The notes under the pieces are model-generated. The model saw nothing but the letters and a program-made list of their open reading frames with translations, ran no database searches and was not told the DNA's origin. DNA of 64,000 bases from the IMG/VR virus record IMGVR_UViG_3300030055_000003; one strand, given 5' to 3'. This DNA is from a virus. Lineage: Duplodnaviria; Caudoviricetes. Numbering within the stretch: position 1 is the first letter of the stretch; the number at the start of each line of letters is the position of its first letter. Positions 9,744 to 18,802 of this stretch are shown piece after piece. The translations under genes were made by a program, and so were the position numbers.

Positions 9744-9909
9744 CTCTCTTTCTATATTAATTTATTTCTAACTTTATGTATCAATTCAGCTATAAATGTG
9801 AATAGCTTCTTTAGTTACTGCCGAATGGCTTAGAACTTATCTGATAATATAATTATAGCATACTTTACCAACAAATCAATACTTTTTAAATAAATTAATA
9901 GAATTATTT

Positions 9910-10227
9910 TTACCTGTTTATTCTATTTAATTCCATTTCTAAAACAATACTAATTGTATGTTTGCCCATATCATCAAGACTATTGTATTTATTTAACAAC
10001 TCTATTTCATCTCTAGTTAAACAATCATTACTCCAACCCATTAAGTAACTAGGAGTAGTTTTTAATATATCTGCTAATCTTTCTATCTTGTCAAATGGTA
10101 CATTAGAAATTACACCACTTTCATATCTCTGTAGTGTTGGTTTGCTTACTCCTAGCTTGTTGGATACTTCATCTAATGTCATGTTTAATTTTAATCTTCT
10201 ATTTTTAATATTCTCTTTAAATCCCAT
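9910..10227 (-). CDS. XRE-family HTH repressor
   Basis: MGFKENIKNRRLKLNMTLDEVSNKLGVSKPTLQRYESG..PFDKIERLADILKTTPSYLMGW; GGAG RBS favours the ATG at 10227. Confidence 0.9.
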   Translation of the reverse strand: MGFKENIKNRRLKLNMTLDEVSNKLGVSKPTLQRYESGVISNVPFDKIERLADILKTTPSYLMGWSNDCLTRDEIELLNKYNSLDDMGKHTISIVLEMELNRINR

Positions 10228-10229
10228 TT

Positions 10230-10700
10230 TTATATCTCCATCCATGCAATAACATCTTCAATATTCGCTAAAGTAAATCCGTCTTTGATACTTCCTTCTT
10301 TTTCATATTTAATTCCACACAAACAACCCTGACCATATATTTTTTCTAATTTAAATATTTTATCATCTATTTTCAAATAACCTATATAGGTTTCAAAATA
10401 TTCACTTGAATCATAAATTGATTTTTCTAAAGATTCTATATAAGATATCGTATTTTCTACTATAATACCAACAACTTTATCTATTATTTGTAATTCAATT
10501 TTATTATTATAAGTGTTCTCTTCATCTGTCCAACTACCTTTTAGAATTACTAAATTACTCATATTTTTATATTCAGCTTTTATTAATTCTAAATCCACTT
10601 TATTATCCATAAATAATTCTCCTGTCATTACTTTATACTTGAAATTATATATTATCTTTAATATAAAAACAAATGAAAAAGGAAAGATACACATTATCAA
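10230..10700 (-). CDS. hypothetical protein (start probably MDNKVDL)
   Basis: ORF track. Confidence 0.65.
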   Translation of the reverse strand: MIMCIFPFSFVFILKIIYNFKYKVMTGELFMDNKVDLELIKAEYKNMSNLVILKGSWTDEENTYNNKIELQIIDKVVGIIVENTISYIESLEKSIYDSSEYFETYIGYLKIDDKIFKLEKIYGQGCLCGIKYEKEGSIKDGFTLANIEDVIAWMEI

Positions 10701-10878
10701 TTATCTTTCCTTTCCCATTTTCTTAACTTTTAAAATATAATAGAACGTAAGAATTTTGAGAAGAAATATCTTACATTAATATTATACTATATAATTCTCA
10801 AATTATTCCATTTATTTTTATCACTTAAAATACCGATTTGATTGTAATATGAAAAAGAGCATAGATTATTCTACACTC

Positions 10879-11034
10879 TTAATTTTCTCCTAATACTCTA
10901 CCAAAAACATCATCAATTTTCTTTTTAGCTATATTTTCAATTGTATTTTTGATTTCTTGATAATCTTCTTCATTCATGTCTTTATAATTTTCTTTAATTA
11001 ATTGTATAAGTCTATCTGCTCTCATATAATTCAT
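10879..11034 (-). CDS. small hypothetical protein (51 aa, not in ORF track)
   Basis: AAGGAGG RBS; MNYMRADRLIQLIKENY... Confidence 0.6.
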   Translation of the reverse strand: MNYMRADRLIQLIKENYKDMNEEDYQEIKNTIENIAKKKIDDVFGRVLGEN

Positions 11035-11101
11035 CTTAACACCTCCTTACTCTTAATGAAATAACTCTTTTAAATAATTCACCACAACTTAGAATTGCGA
11101 A

Positions 11102-11248
11102 TTAATCAACTCTTAACTTTTTAATTTCTTCTGAATTTAATTCTTTCTTTAAATCTCTTACTAATTCCTTAAGATGTTCACTATCTCTAGCATCTTTACA
11201 TTTCATTGAATAAGTCATTAATAACCCCGATACATCTAAATTATTCAT
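11102..11248 (-). CDS. small hypothetical protein (48 aa, not in ORF track)
   Basis: AAGGAAG RBS; MNNLDVSGLLMTYSMKCKDARD... Confidence 0.55.
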   Translation of the reverse strand: MNNLDVSGLLMTYSMKCKDARDSEHLKELVRDLKKELNSEEIKKLRVD

Positions 11249-11283
11249 ATTATCAACTTCCTTTCTTCGCACTTTTTACATTA

Positions 11284-11508
11284 TTATTGTTTTTCGTTAT
11301 CATTCGCAAATATATACCAAGTATTTTTAATTTCTCCAGTCCTAAATAAGTGATAATTGTCCTCACAAAGTTTCCATTCTGTGCGTTCCTCAAAAGAATA
11401 GTAATAATTATTTTGTATTTTCTTTATCTTTATATCAGACAAAGAACTTTGAATAATATAACCAGCTTCTAAATATTGAACAGCTTTAACAAAATTTTCT
11501 CCATTCAT
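11284..11508 (-). CDS. hypothetical protein
   Basis: ORF track. Confidence 0.65.
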   Translation of the reverse strand: MNGENFVKAVQYLEAGYIIQSSLSDIKIKKIQNNYYYSFEERTEWKLCEDNYHLFRTGEIKNTWYIFANDNEKQ

Positions 11509-11578
11509 ATTATACCAACTTTCTCAAATAACGTATTTTTATAATTGACAATCACTATTAATAAAACTCTTGATTTAC

Positions 11579-12145
11579 TTACTTTTGTGTTTTCAAATTT
11601 TCTAAAACTTTTAATTCTTTTTGACATGCTGATATCTTAGATTCTATATAATCTTTTCTGCTATTAATTGCTTCAATCAATTCAGTCTCATATTCTTCTT
11701 TGGTTGCAATCTCATATTCTTTTCCATCGTCTAATATATATTCAACTTTTAAACTGCAATTATTCTTTATTTTATATCCATCTTCATACTCATAATCTAA
11801 CCACAATCCACCGTAAAATTCTTTTGTTCTATTTAGTTTTAATATCTCGTTTTTATCTTTTATATATTCAGGTAACTCATCTAAAAATTTATACTCATCA
11901 TCTTCTAACCAAATTTCTTTGCCATTACATTCAATACAAATAATATCCTCATAATTTTTATAGTTACTTCTATATTTAATATTAAACGTTTTTCCTATTA
12001 GCTCTTTATATTGACTATTTATAATCGAATCTTTTTCTAATATTTTCGCTTTTCTAAATTTACATGACTTACTATCTTTAATCCATTCACCTTCAGCTAC
12101 TAATATTTTTATAAAATCTTTTTCACACTTTATCATTTTTATCAC
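11579..12145 (-). CDS. hypothetical protein
   Basis: ORF track; AAGGAG RBS. Confidence 0.7.
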   Translation of the reverse strand: MIKMIKCEKDFIKILVAEGEWIKDSKSCKFRKAKILEKDSIINSQYKELIGKTFNIKYRSNYKNYEDIICIECNGKEIWLEDDEYKFLDELPEYIKDKNEILKLNRTKEFYGGLWLDYEYEDGYKIKNNCSLKVEYILDDGKEYEIATKEEYETELIEAINSRKDYIESKISACQKELKVLENLKTQK

Positions 12146-12210
12146 TCCTTAATATTAACTATATTATACTTTCATTTACATATTATAACCAAGTAAAAGA
12201 ACTAATTTAC

Positions 12211-12519
12211 CTAAAACATAATAACTATTGTCTTTTCCCATTTTAATGAATTTATAATATCCTCTACTTGTTTATCTATTTCAATATCTTTTAGTCCACT
12301 ACCTTTTTTACTATAAAAAACATCATATTCAACTTGTCCTTTATCATAATATTTATCATCATAATAAGCAATATCTTTAATCATTACATCACTAGGCTCA
12401 TAATGTTCTATATCGTCATCATCCATAGTTGGCATAATTTTTATTGGTAAATTTGGATTTTCATTTATTACTTTTCTAATTTTATGTGATATATTCATAT
12501 CTATTAACACCATCCTCAT
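12211..12519 (-). CDS. hypothetical protein
   Basis: ORF track; NPNLPIKIM pattern. Confidence 0.7.
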   Translation of the reverse strand: MRMVLIDMNISHKIRKVINENPNLPIKIMPTMDDDDIEHYEPSDVMIKDIAYYDDKYYDKGQVEYDVFYSKKGSGLKDIEIDKQVEDIINSLKWEKTIVIMF

Positions 12520-12626
12520 AAATATTATTTTAACATTAATTTCCTTAACTTGATATGTATTTCCTTATTAATAATATATCATATTCCAGTTATAATTTTA
12601 AGCTTTCTTCTATTAATTTATTTATC

Positions 12627-12794
12627 TTATTCTAAGACTAGCACTTCCATATTCTCTTTAATCCAGCTTTCACTAGTTCCACGCTCTATGAGTTCATTAA
12701 TCTTTGTATTAACATCACCTACAAACTTTAAAGTTGCATTTATATTATAATTATCACAAACTTTCATTATCTGTTCAAAGAAATTATATTTCAT
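12627..12794 (-). CDS. small hypothetical protein (55 aa, not in ORF track)
   Basis: AGGAGG RBS; MKYNFFEQIMKVCDNYNINATLKFVG... Confidence 0.6.
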   Translation of the reverse strand: MKYNFFEQIMKVCDNYNINATLKFVGDVNTKINELIERGTSESWIKENMEVLVLE

Positions 12795-12806
12795 TTTCAA
12801 ATCCTC

Positions 12807-13226
12807 CTAACTTAATTGATTAACAAAAATATTCTCACCTAAATCAAACCAATTCATTTTATTTTCCCAGAAGCCTACAGCATCACAATGACTATAACAC
12901 CATATGATTTGGCTTTTATTCATTAGATAATTAATAATATCTTTACACACATTGTAACCACGCTTTAAGCTTGTAATAGCATCTAAATAGATTCCATTAC
13001 ATATTGTATCTTTGACATTATTTTGTTTATGTACATCTATGTATAACTCTAATTCCTCATCATCTAACTTACTGTACATTGCTATGGAAACTACTTCATT
13101 AGATTCATTAAGAACCTTTATTATATGCTTATTCTTTAAATCTTTCTCGGTTTCTCCAAACAGGAATAATTCATCTTTATACTTTTCTATAATTTGTTTA
13201 TTGATAGATTCTTCTACTATTTCCAT
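12807..13226 (-). CDS. putative GNAT-fold acetyltransferase
   Basis: VVSIAMY..IYLDAITSLKRGYNVCKDII...CYSHCDAVGFWENKMNW resembles GNAT motifs A/B. Confidence 0.45.
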   Translation of the reverse strand: MEIVEESINKQIIEKYKDELFLFGETEKDLKNKHIIKVLNESNEVVSIAMYSKLDDEELELYIDVHKQNNVKDTICNGIYLDAITSLKRGYNVCKDIINYLMNKSQIIWCYSHCDAVGFWENKMNWFDLGENIFVNQLS

Positions 13227-13239
13227 TACCTACATCCCC

Positions 13240-13605
13240 CTATTCTAATATGTCAATCTCTTTAAGTGTTAAATGTTTATACACATCTAAAGTTATATCA
13301 TCTTCATCAATATAGTTACAATATAATTGTGTTATTTCCTCACCATTAGAATTTTTATATCTAACAACTGGATTATTAATATAAATATATTTCTGTCCAA
13401 AATGATTCCATTCAAAATCTTTTAATACTTCTTTTTGAAATTGTTTATTTGATAATAATTTATAATCATCACTCTCTATAATTTCACTTATATATTTTTG
13501 TTCTATCTCATTTCTTTTATCGAGTATGATTTGTTCATTTATTGAAAATATTTCTGATATTTGTTCATATTGTACTTCACCTATTTTTAATTTATATCCT
13601 TTCAT
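13240..13605 (-). CDS. hypothetical protein
   Basis: ORF track; AGGAGG RBS. Confidence 0.7.
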   Translation of the reverse strand: MKGYKLKIGEVQYEQISEIFSINEQIILDKRNEIEQKYISEIIESDDYKLLSNKQFQKEVLKDFEWNHFGQKYIYINNPVVRYKNSNGEEITQLYCNYIDEDDITLDVYKHLTLKEIDILE

Positions 13606-13617
13606 TGTTACTCCTCC

Positions 13618-13854
13618 TTAAATCTCTTGATATCCTTGTTTCTCTAATTTATATTTGTATTTATCATATCTATAATTAGACATTTGCCCTATAATTTTTT
13701 CTTTAGTTACATTACCCTGCTTATCTAATATGATTTTATTTTCTTCATAGTATTGTGCATTATCTAATATCCAATTATTTGGATTATCAACTAATTTAAA
13801 TTCTCTTATAATGTCCGTTTGTTTACCTTCTAATTTTAGCCTTAACATTTCCAT
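13618..13854 (-). CDS. hypothetical protein
   Basis: ORF track; GGAGG RBS. Confidence 0.7.
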   Translation of the reverse strand: MEMLRLKLEGKQTDIIREFKLVDNPNNWILDNAQYYEENKIILDKQGNVTKEKIIGQMSNYRYDKYKYKLEKQGYQEI

Positions 13855-13897
13855 TCCTCCACATCTATTAAAATTTGATTTTTATAAGAATATTAAT

Positions 13898-14197
13898 TTA
13901 TTTCTTAATGCAATCTTCATAAGTTTCTAATCCGCTAACCATTCTTCCTTTATTAATTTCATGCATCTTTTTAAGCTTTTCTACATCTACTTTTTCTTTA
14001 GGATATTTAATATACCATCCTTGTTTAGCCCATTCATATGTTCCTAATTCTTCTATAAAATTAGTATGAGTTAGATTTGCTCCATCTTCATAATATAGAT
14101 TAAAATTATACTCATGCATACTTTCTCCTCGACCAAATGATTGATGAGATACAAAGCTTCCTTCTCTTGCTGATTGACATGCTTCTGATAAATTCAT
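13898..14197 (-). CDS. hypothetical protein
   Basis: ORF track; AGGAG RBS. Confidence 0.7.
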   Translation of the reverse strand: MNLSEACQSAREGSFVSHQSFGRGESMHEYNFNLYYEDGANLTHTNFIEELGTYEWAKQGWYIKYPKEKVDVEKLKKMHEINKGRMVSGLETYEDCIKK

Positions 14198-14198
14198 T

Positions 14199-14432
14199 TT
14201 ATTTCACTCCTATTATTTTATTTATTATTCTTTGTAATTCTAAATAATCTTTATTATATTCATCTTTGTCATAAATTACACTTCTATTACATTCATCAGT
14301 AAAATCTTTATCCCATCTTACTAAACTATCAACATCATCTTTTATTTGTTCTAATCGGTTAATAACTTTTGTCCTATATTCATTTCTTTTAAAATGACTT
14401 GATATAGTAGGAAAATAAAACATCTTTAACAC
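14199..14432 (-). CDS. hypothetical protein
   Basis: ORF track. Confidence 0.65.
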   Translation of the reverse strand: MLKMFYFPTISSHFKRNEYRTKVINRLEQIKDDVDSLVRWDKDFTDECNRSVIYDKDEYNKDYLELQRIINKIIGVK

Positions 14433-14483
14433 CCACTTTCTTTATTTAAATATTACTATTTATTACCAAGTAAATTAATACCT

Positions 14484-15095
14484 TTAATAGGTTTCCTTTA
14501 TTAATTTTCTTTTATATGCCTTATATTTTCTTTGATATATTTTTCTATATGTCTTTTTACACTCCGTCTCTCCGCATGTTTTTTGCTCCGCTCCTTTCTT
14601 GATAAATAGCCTTCTACACACTGCACAAGCTTGAATAAGCAATACCCTGTTAGCTTCTTTATATTTTTCTTTCTTTTCAGACATAACATTACGTTGTATT
14701 TTTTTAGACTTTCCTCTCTTTTGATAATATCTAATCTTATTTTGAGCCTTTTCAGCTTCTTTATTCTTTTCATAGTAAATTTTACGTCTATTACTAATCT
14801 TTTTCTTATTTTCTTTTCTGTAGGTGTCTGATAGATTTTTCATGTGTATTTTTTCGCATGATTCTTTTCCACATAGAATTTGTCTAGTTCTATATGTTTC
14901 AAATTCTTCGCCACATATAATACAATATTTTTCTTGAAGTGTAATTTTTTTATATTTTAACATATATTTTTTAGCCCTTTGATTATCTTTTACTTTTTTG
15001 GCTATATTTCTGCAATCTTCACTACATGTTTTTATATTTCCTTTAGCATCAAATTCCTTACTACAAATCATACATATTTTAATCATTCTATTCAC
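14484..15095 (-). CDS. basic protein with three zinc-ribbon repeats
   Basis: CMICSKEF..KTCSEDC / CIICGEEF..ILCGKESC / CAVCRRLF..KTCGETEC. Confidence 0.7.
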   Translation of the reverse strand: MNRMIKICMICSKEFDAKGNIKTCSEDCRNIAKKVKDNQRAKKYMLKYKKITLQEKYCIICGEEFETYRTRQILCGKESCEKIHMKNLSDTYRKENKKKISNRRKIYYEKNKEAEKAQNKIRYYQKRGKSKKIQRNVMSEKKEKYKEANRVLLIQACAVCRRLFIKKGAEQKTCGETECKKTYRKIYQRKYKAYKRKLIKETY

Positions 15096-15550
15096 TCCAT
15101 TTTTCTTCCTATACTTCTATGTTTGATTGTAACACTTTTTTGTATTTATTCCACTATTAAATAAACTTTTAATATTTCTTCTTTAATTTCCTTTTCAAAA
15201 GTCTTGGTTAAATATTTTAAATTTTCAATTGCTTCAATTCCGTCTTCTTTAGGATCATATTTACATATTTTATATTCTGGTTTAAATCTCTCCATAATTA
15301 TTATATATTTCATTTTAATACACCTTTACTTTCATGTTTTAATTTATTTATATTCTGTTAAAGTTCCTGTTTTAAAGTAACTCATCCTTTAATATCTTCC
15401 CTATATATTCTTATCATAGTTCCATCATCTTTTAAAACACTATATGTGCCATCTAAATTGATTTTAATTATCTCAACTGTTAATTCTATATTATTACCTA
15501 TAATTACTATTATCTCGCCTATCTGATACATTAAAATCAATCCTTTCTAT

Positions 15551-15739
15551 TTAAGCCACATCTATGAAATAGCTTTTCTTCTCTGTTTTTTTCGCTTTAT
15601 AATTGTTTTTTCTTTTCTTATGTAATATTTTATTAACTAATATACAACTTACTGCACCTATAAATATAGATAATACTAAAACTATTCCACAATATTCTAA
15701 TAATCCAATCCAATTAGATAATGGATAATTCATAAACAT
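15551..15739 (-). CDS. small membrane protein
   Basis: single TM helix followed by basic tail. Confidence 0.6.
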   Translation of the reverse strand: MFMNYPLSNWIGLLEYCGIVLVLSIFIGAVSCILVNKILHKKRKNNYKAKKTEKKSYFIDVA

Positions 15740-15762
15740 AACCTCTCACTCCTTATATAAAT

Positions 15763-15966
15763 TTATTCTACTACATATACATTCTTATCCTTATTGTTTA
15801 AAATCTCCTGTAATGAACCAAATACAACTGTTTTATCATATATCTCTGTCAACTCTTCTATTAAACTAATATCTTCATCTGACAATCTGTTTTTATGAAC
15901 CATAATTATATCTTCTTCTCTATTTTGCATAGCTGAATGAACCATTCTTACATAATCATTTATCAT
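15763..15966 (-). CDS. hypothetical protein
   Basis: ORF track. Confidence 0.65.
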   Translation of the reverse strand: MINDYVRMVHSAMQNREEDIIMVHKNRLSDEDISLIEELTEIYDKTVVFGSLQEILNNKDKNVYVVE

Positions 15967-16154
15967 TCTTATTAATACTTCCTTTTTTAAATATTTTTAT
16001 CTCTATTCATTATTATTGCAATTTTTGCAAGATTTTATAACTGGATTAATACTGATAATTTCTAATTGTTTAAAAGGACATTTATTACAGTTTTTATTGT
16101 TTAACTTAACAATTTCATTCATAATTAAAACCTCCTCTTTCCATTAATTTGTTT

Positions 16155-16403
16155 TTATTTTTCTAATAATTCTTTTAAGTCTTCAATATCATAAAACTTA
16201 TCTTCTTGAATATCATAATAATATTTATATCTAGTTTCTAATTGTTTTATGATTTCTTTTATTTTTAATTTATCAGCAACTATTTTATATGTATAACCTA
16301 ACTCTTTAATACCTTCATGATTTTGTTTTTCTATGAATACTTTTGTAAATGTTTCTGGTTGAGCATCTGTTAAAATACCATAGTAATTTTCAAAATTTTT
16401 CAT
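16155..16403 (-). CDS. hypothetical protein
   Basis: ORF track; strong upstream promoter TTGCAA-17-TATACT. Confidence 0.7.
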   Translation of the reverse strand: MKNFENYYGILTDAQPETFTKVFIEKQNHEGIKELGYTYKIVADKLKIKEIIKQLETRYKYYYDIQEDKFYDIEDLKELLEK

Positions 16404-16619
16404 TTAAATCAACTCCTTATATCTATTAATTTATTTAAACTATGCCTATCTCTTATCTATGTACTAAGTATAGCATAGTATTTTTACTATTGCAACAAAT
16501 TAATAGAATTAAACCTAATTATTTTTTAATTTTATATATAAGAAAAAGAACTGCATTTTACTACAATTCCATTAACTATTTTACATTTATTACCAAGTAA
16601 AATTTAGATTTTATGGTAA

Positions 16620-16931
16620 TTATACTATATCCCACGACTCTACTCTTTGACCATTTTCTACTAAATCATTATACGAGAATAATATTTCTGGCTTTCTTTT
16701 ACCTTTACTTCTTATAGATGCAAGTATATTACGTCTACTATATATTTTTAAATTTTCATTACAAATTATAATTGTATCATATGATTCAAATATATGAGAA
16801 TCTAAAGTAAGCATAACATCGTCATCATATAGACTATTTTGAGTATAATAAACAAAATAACCATTACCTTGTAGACTTTCAATAAACTCTTCATTGAGAA
16901 ATTCTATATTATTTTCATAAAACTTTAACAT
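16620..16931 (-). CDS. hypothetical protein
   Basis: ORF track. Confidence 0.65.
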   Translation of the reverse strand: MLKFYENNIEFLNEEFIESLQGNGYFVYYTQNSLYDDDVMLTLDSHIFESYDTIIICNENLKIYSRRNILASIRSKGKRKPEILFSYNDLVENGQRVESWDIV

Positions 16932-17056
16932 TTTTTATCACCATCCTAAATTGTTACTTTATAATAATATAAAAGTTGTATTTATTTCTATCTAATTATA
17001 AATAATTTTTGACTATTTTTCTATGTATTTCTTAATAATATATTTTTATATACAAT

Positions 17057-17093
17057 TTTGAAGTTATCTACATAATATAAATAACTTCAAAAT
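17057..17093. terminator. hairpin terminator
   Basis: TTTTGAAGTTAT ... ATAACTTCAAAA. Confidence 0.65.
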
Positions 17094-17119
17094 ATATTAA
17101 ATATACGACCATTTTATAT

Positions 17120-17332
17120 TTATTTATCTTGAACAGCTACTATATAACCTTCTGCTACTTGATATATTGAGTAAAATATATCTTCTTCGCTATCTTCTAT
17201 ACTATCTATTAATGTATCAAATTTTGTTACTGATTTTACAATTTCTATTTCTCCAAAATCTACAGTTTTTATTGTTTCGCCTTTTATTTCTTCACTCATA
17301 TCCATTACCATCATGTTTTTCATACCAATCAA
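17120..17332 (-). CDS. small acidic hypothetical protein
   Basis: ORF track. Confidence 0.6.
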   Translation of the reverse strand: MIGMKNMMVMDMSEEIKGETIKTVDFGEIEIVKSVTKFDTLIDSIEDSEEDIFYSIYQVAEGYIVAVQDK

Positions 17333-17439
17333 CCTCTCTTTGTTTTAATTTGTTTATGTATTTCTATGTTCTTATTATATCAAATTGACAGAGAATTACA
17401 AGTGCTTTTTAAAAATATTTTATTTTAATTTATTATATA

Positions 17440-18477
17440 TCAATCAAATTTATATTGTTTCAATATATCTACAATAATATCACCTGTCCAACCATTACCA
17501 ATAGCTTTAATTCTTGCTTTATCACTTAAACCATCAGCTTTAGTATAACCGTCTGGCAATGTTTGTAGCCTTTCTAATTCTACTATGGTAAATTTTCTAA
17601 TTATACCATCATAGTAAACACATATGTCACAACTACAATCTAAAGTATTAGATTTTTCTTTTATAACTCTTCCTCGTCTTGTTTTACTTGTTGGAAACTG
17701 AAGATTGACTCCATCTCCATTATTAGCAACTATGTATCCTTGTTTTGTAGCTTGACTTATTCTTACCTCGCCATCTACAACGTCAATTAGGTTATATGCT
17801 TTTTCACTTATACTAGGATCTATTTTGAGTCCTTTATAATCTATGTAATTGCTTGTATCAACATTTTCTAATATGTCTAATAATTTAATTTGTTTATCTT
17901 CTGGTGGTTCTATGTATGTACTTGTCCAATATAATCGAGGTCTATTTTGTGCTGAAAGGAGTTTGCTATTAATCGCAATAGGTTCACAATTCATATAATT
18001 ACTGATAGTATCTCTTGTCGCTTTTTTCATTTCAACATTTTCTAGTAAAAATTGTACATTAGGATTATTATTATCTCTTATCCAGTTTAATACTCTTAAA
18101 TATTCAAAGAATAATTTACTTTCAGTACCTTCTAATCCTTTATTATCTCCTGCTCTTGAATTATTTTGACAAGGACTACCTCCAATCAATAAATCAATTC
18201 TAGGTAATTTTTTTAATTCAGTTTCGTCTAATAAAGTAACATTACCTAATCTAATAATATCATCAAAATTCTTTTTACTAATTTTCATTGCATTCTCATC
18301 AATTTCACTTGCGAAATACTTATATACCTCAATTCCTGCTCTTTTTAGTACTAATCTTCCCGTACTATGTCCATCAAATAAACTTACTACATTTATATTC
18401 ATTTTATCTCTCCTTGCTTTTATTAATTTATTATGATTTGTAAAACCACTATATATAGTATGTCCAGTATAAGGCAA
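17440..18477 (-). CDS. DNA (cytosine-5)-methyltransferase, solitary
   Basis: motif I VSLFDGHSTG, motif IV IGGSPCQ, VI FLLENV, VIII QNRPRLYW, IX-X ERLQTLPDGY..AIGNGW; start probably MNINVVSLF. Confidence 0.92.
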   Translation of the reverse strand: MPYTGHTIYSGFTNHNKLIKARRDKMNINVVSLFDGHSTGRLVLKRAGIEVYKYFASEIDENAMKISKKNFDDIIRLGNVTLLDETELKKLPRIDLLIGGSPCQNNSRAGDNKGLEGTESKLFFEYLRVLNWIRDNNNPNVQFLLENVEMKKATRDTISNYMNCEPIAINSKLLSAQNRPRLYWTSTYIEPPEDKQIKLLDILENVDTSNYIDYKGLKIDPSISEKAYNLIDVVDGEVRISQATKQGYIVANNGDGVNLQFPTSKTRRGRVIKEKSNTLDCSCDICVYYDGIIRKFTIVELERLQTLPDGYTKADGLSDKARIKAIGNGWTGDIIVDILKQYKFD

Positions 18478-18571
18478 ACCACAATATATAGATTTAAGAC
18501 CTTTTAAAATATAAGTTTTAATTGAATTAATTTGTCATTATAATAGAAGAAGGTTAATTAACCTTCTTCTA

Positions 18572-18781
18572 TTAATCCTTATCTTTTAATATTGCATTTT
18601 TTAAATTTTCATACGCATAAATCATGCCTTTATATTGTTCAATTGACAATGTTCTAATAAATATAGACATTCCATAATTGTCTCCAGATTCATTTTTCTT
18701 CTTTTCTATATCTCTTTCGTGTTCTTCTATTGATTTGTCTATACGGAATAAAATATCTTCTATAGTCATAAAATAACACAC
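18572..18781 (-). CDS. hypothetical protein
   Basis: ORF track. Confidence 0.65.
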   Translation of the reverse strand: MCYFMTIEDILFRIDKSIEEHERDIEKKKNESGDNYGMSIFIRTLSIEQYKGMIYAYENLKNAILKDKD

Positions 18782-18802
18782 CTTTCAAATTAATATTAAA
18801 TA

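Larger units (their letters stand above)
2344..18520. repeat. dispersed 16-bp dyad TAAAW-N6-WTTYA at junctions of the small-ORF array (about 19 copies)
   Basis: copies start at 2344, 3542, 3905, 4204, 5741, 7176, 7571, 8004, 8781, 9382, 10826, 11057, 11562, 12194, 13869, 14471, 15359, 16598, 18505; outliers at 25551, 36786, 38262. Confidence 0.7.

Noticed and set aside
14501-14773. Alternative-frame ORF inside the zinc-ribbon gene
   Set aside because: Same-strand overlap in purine-rich sequence; no RBS or motif
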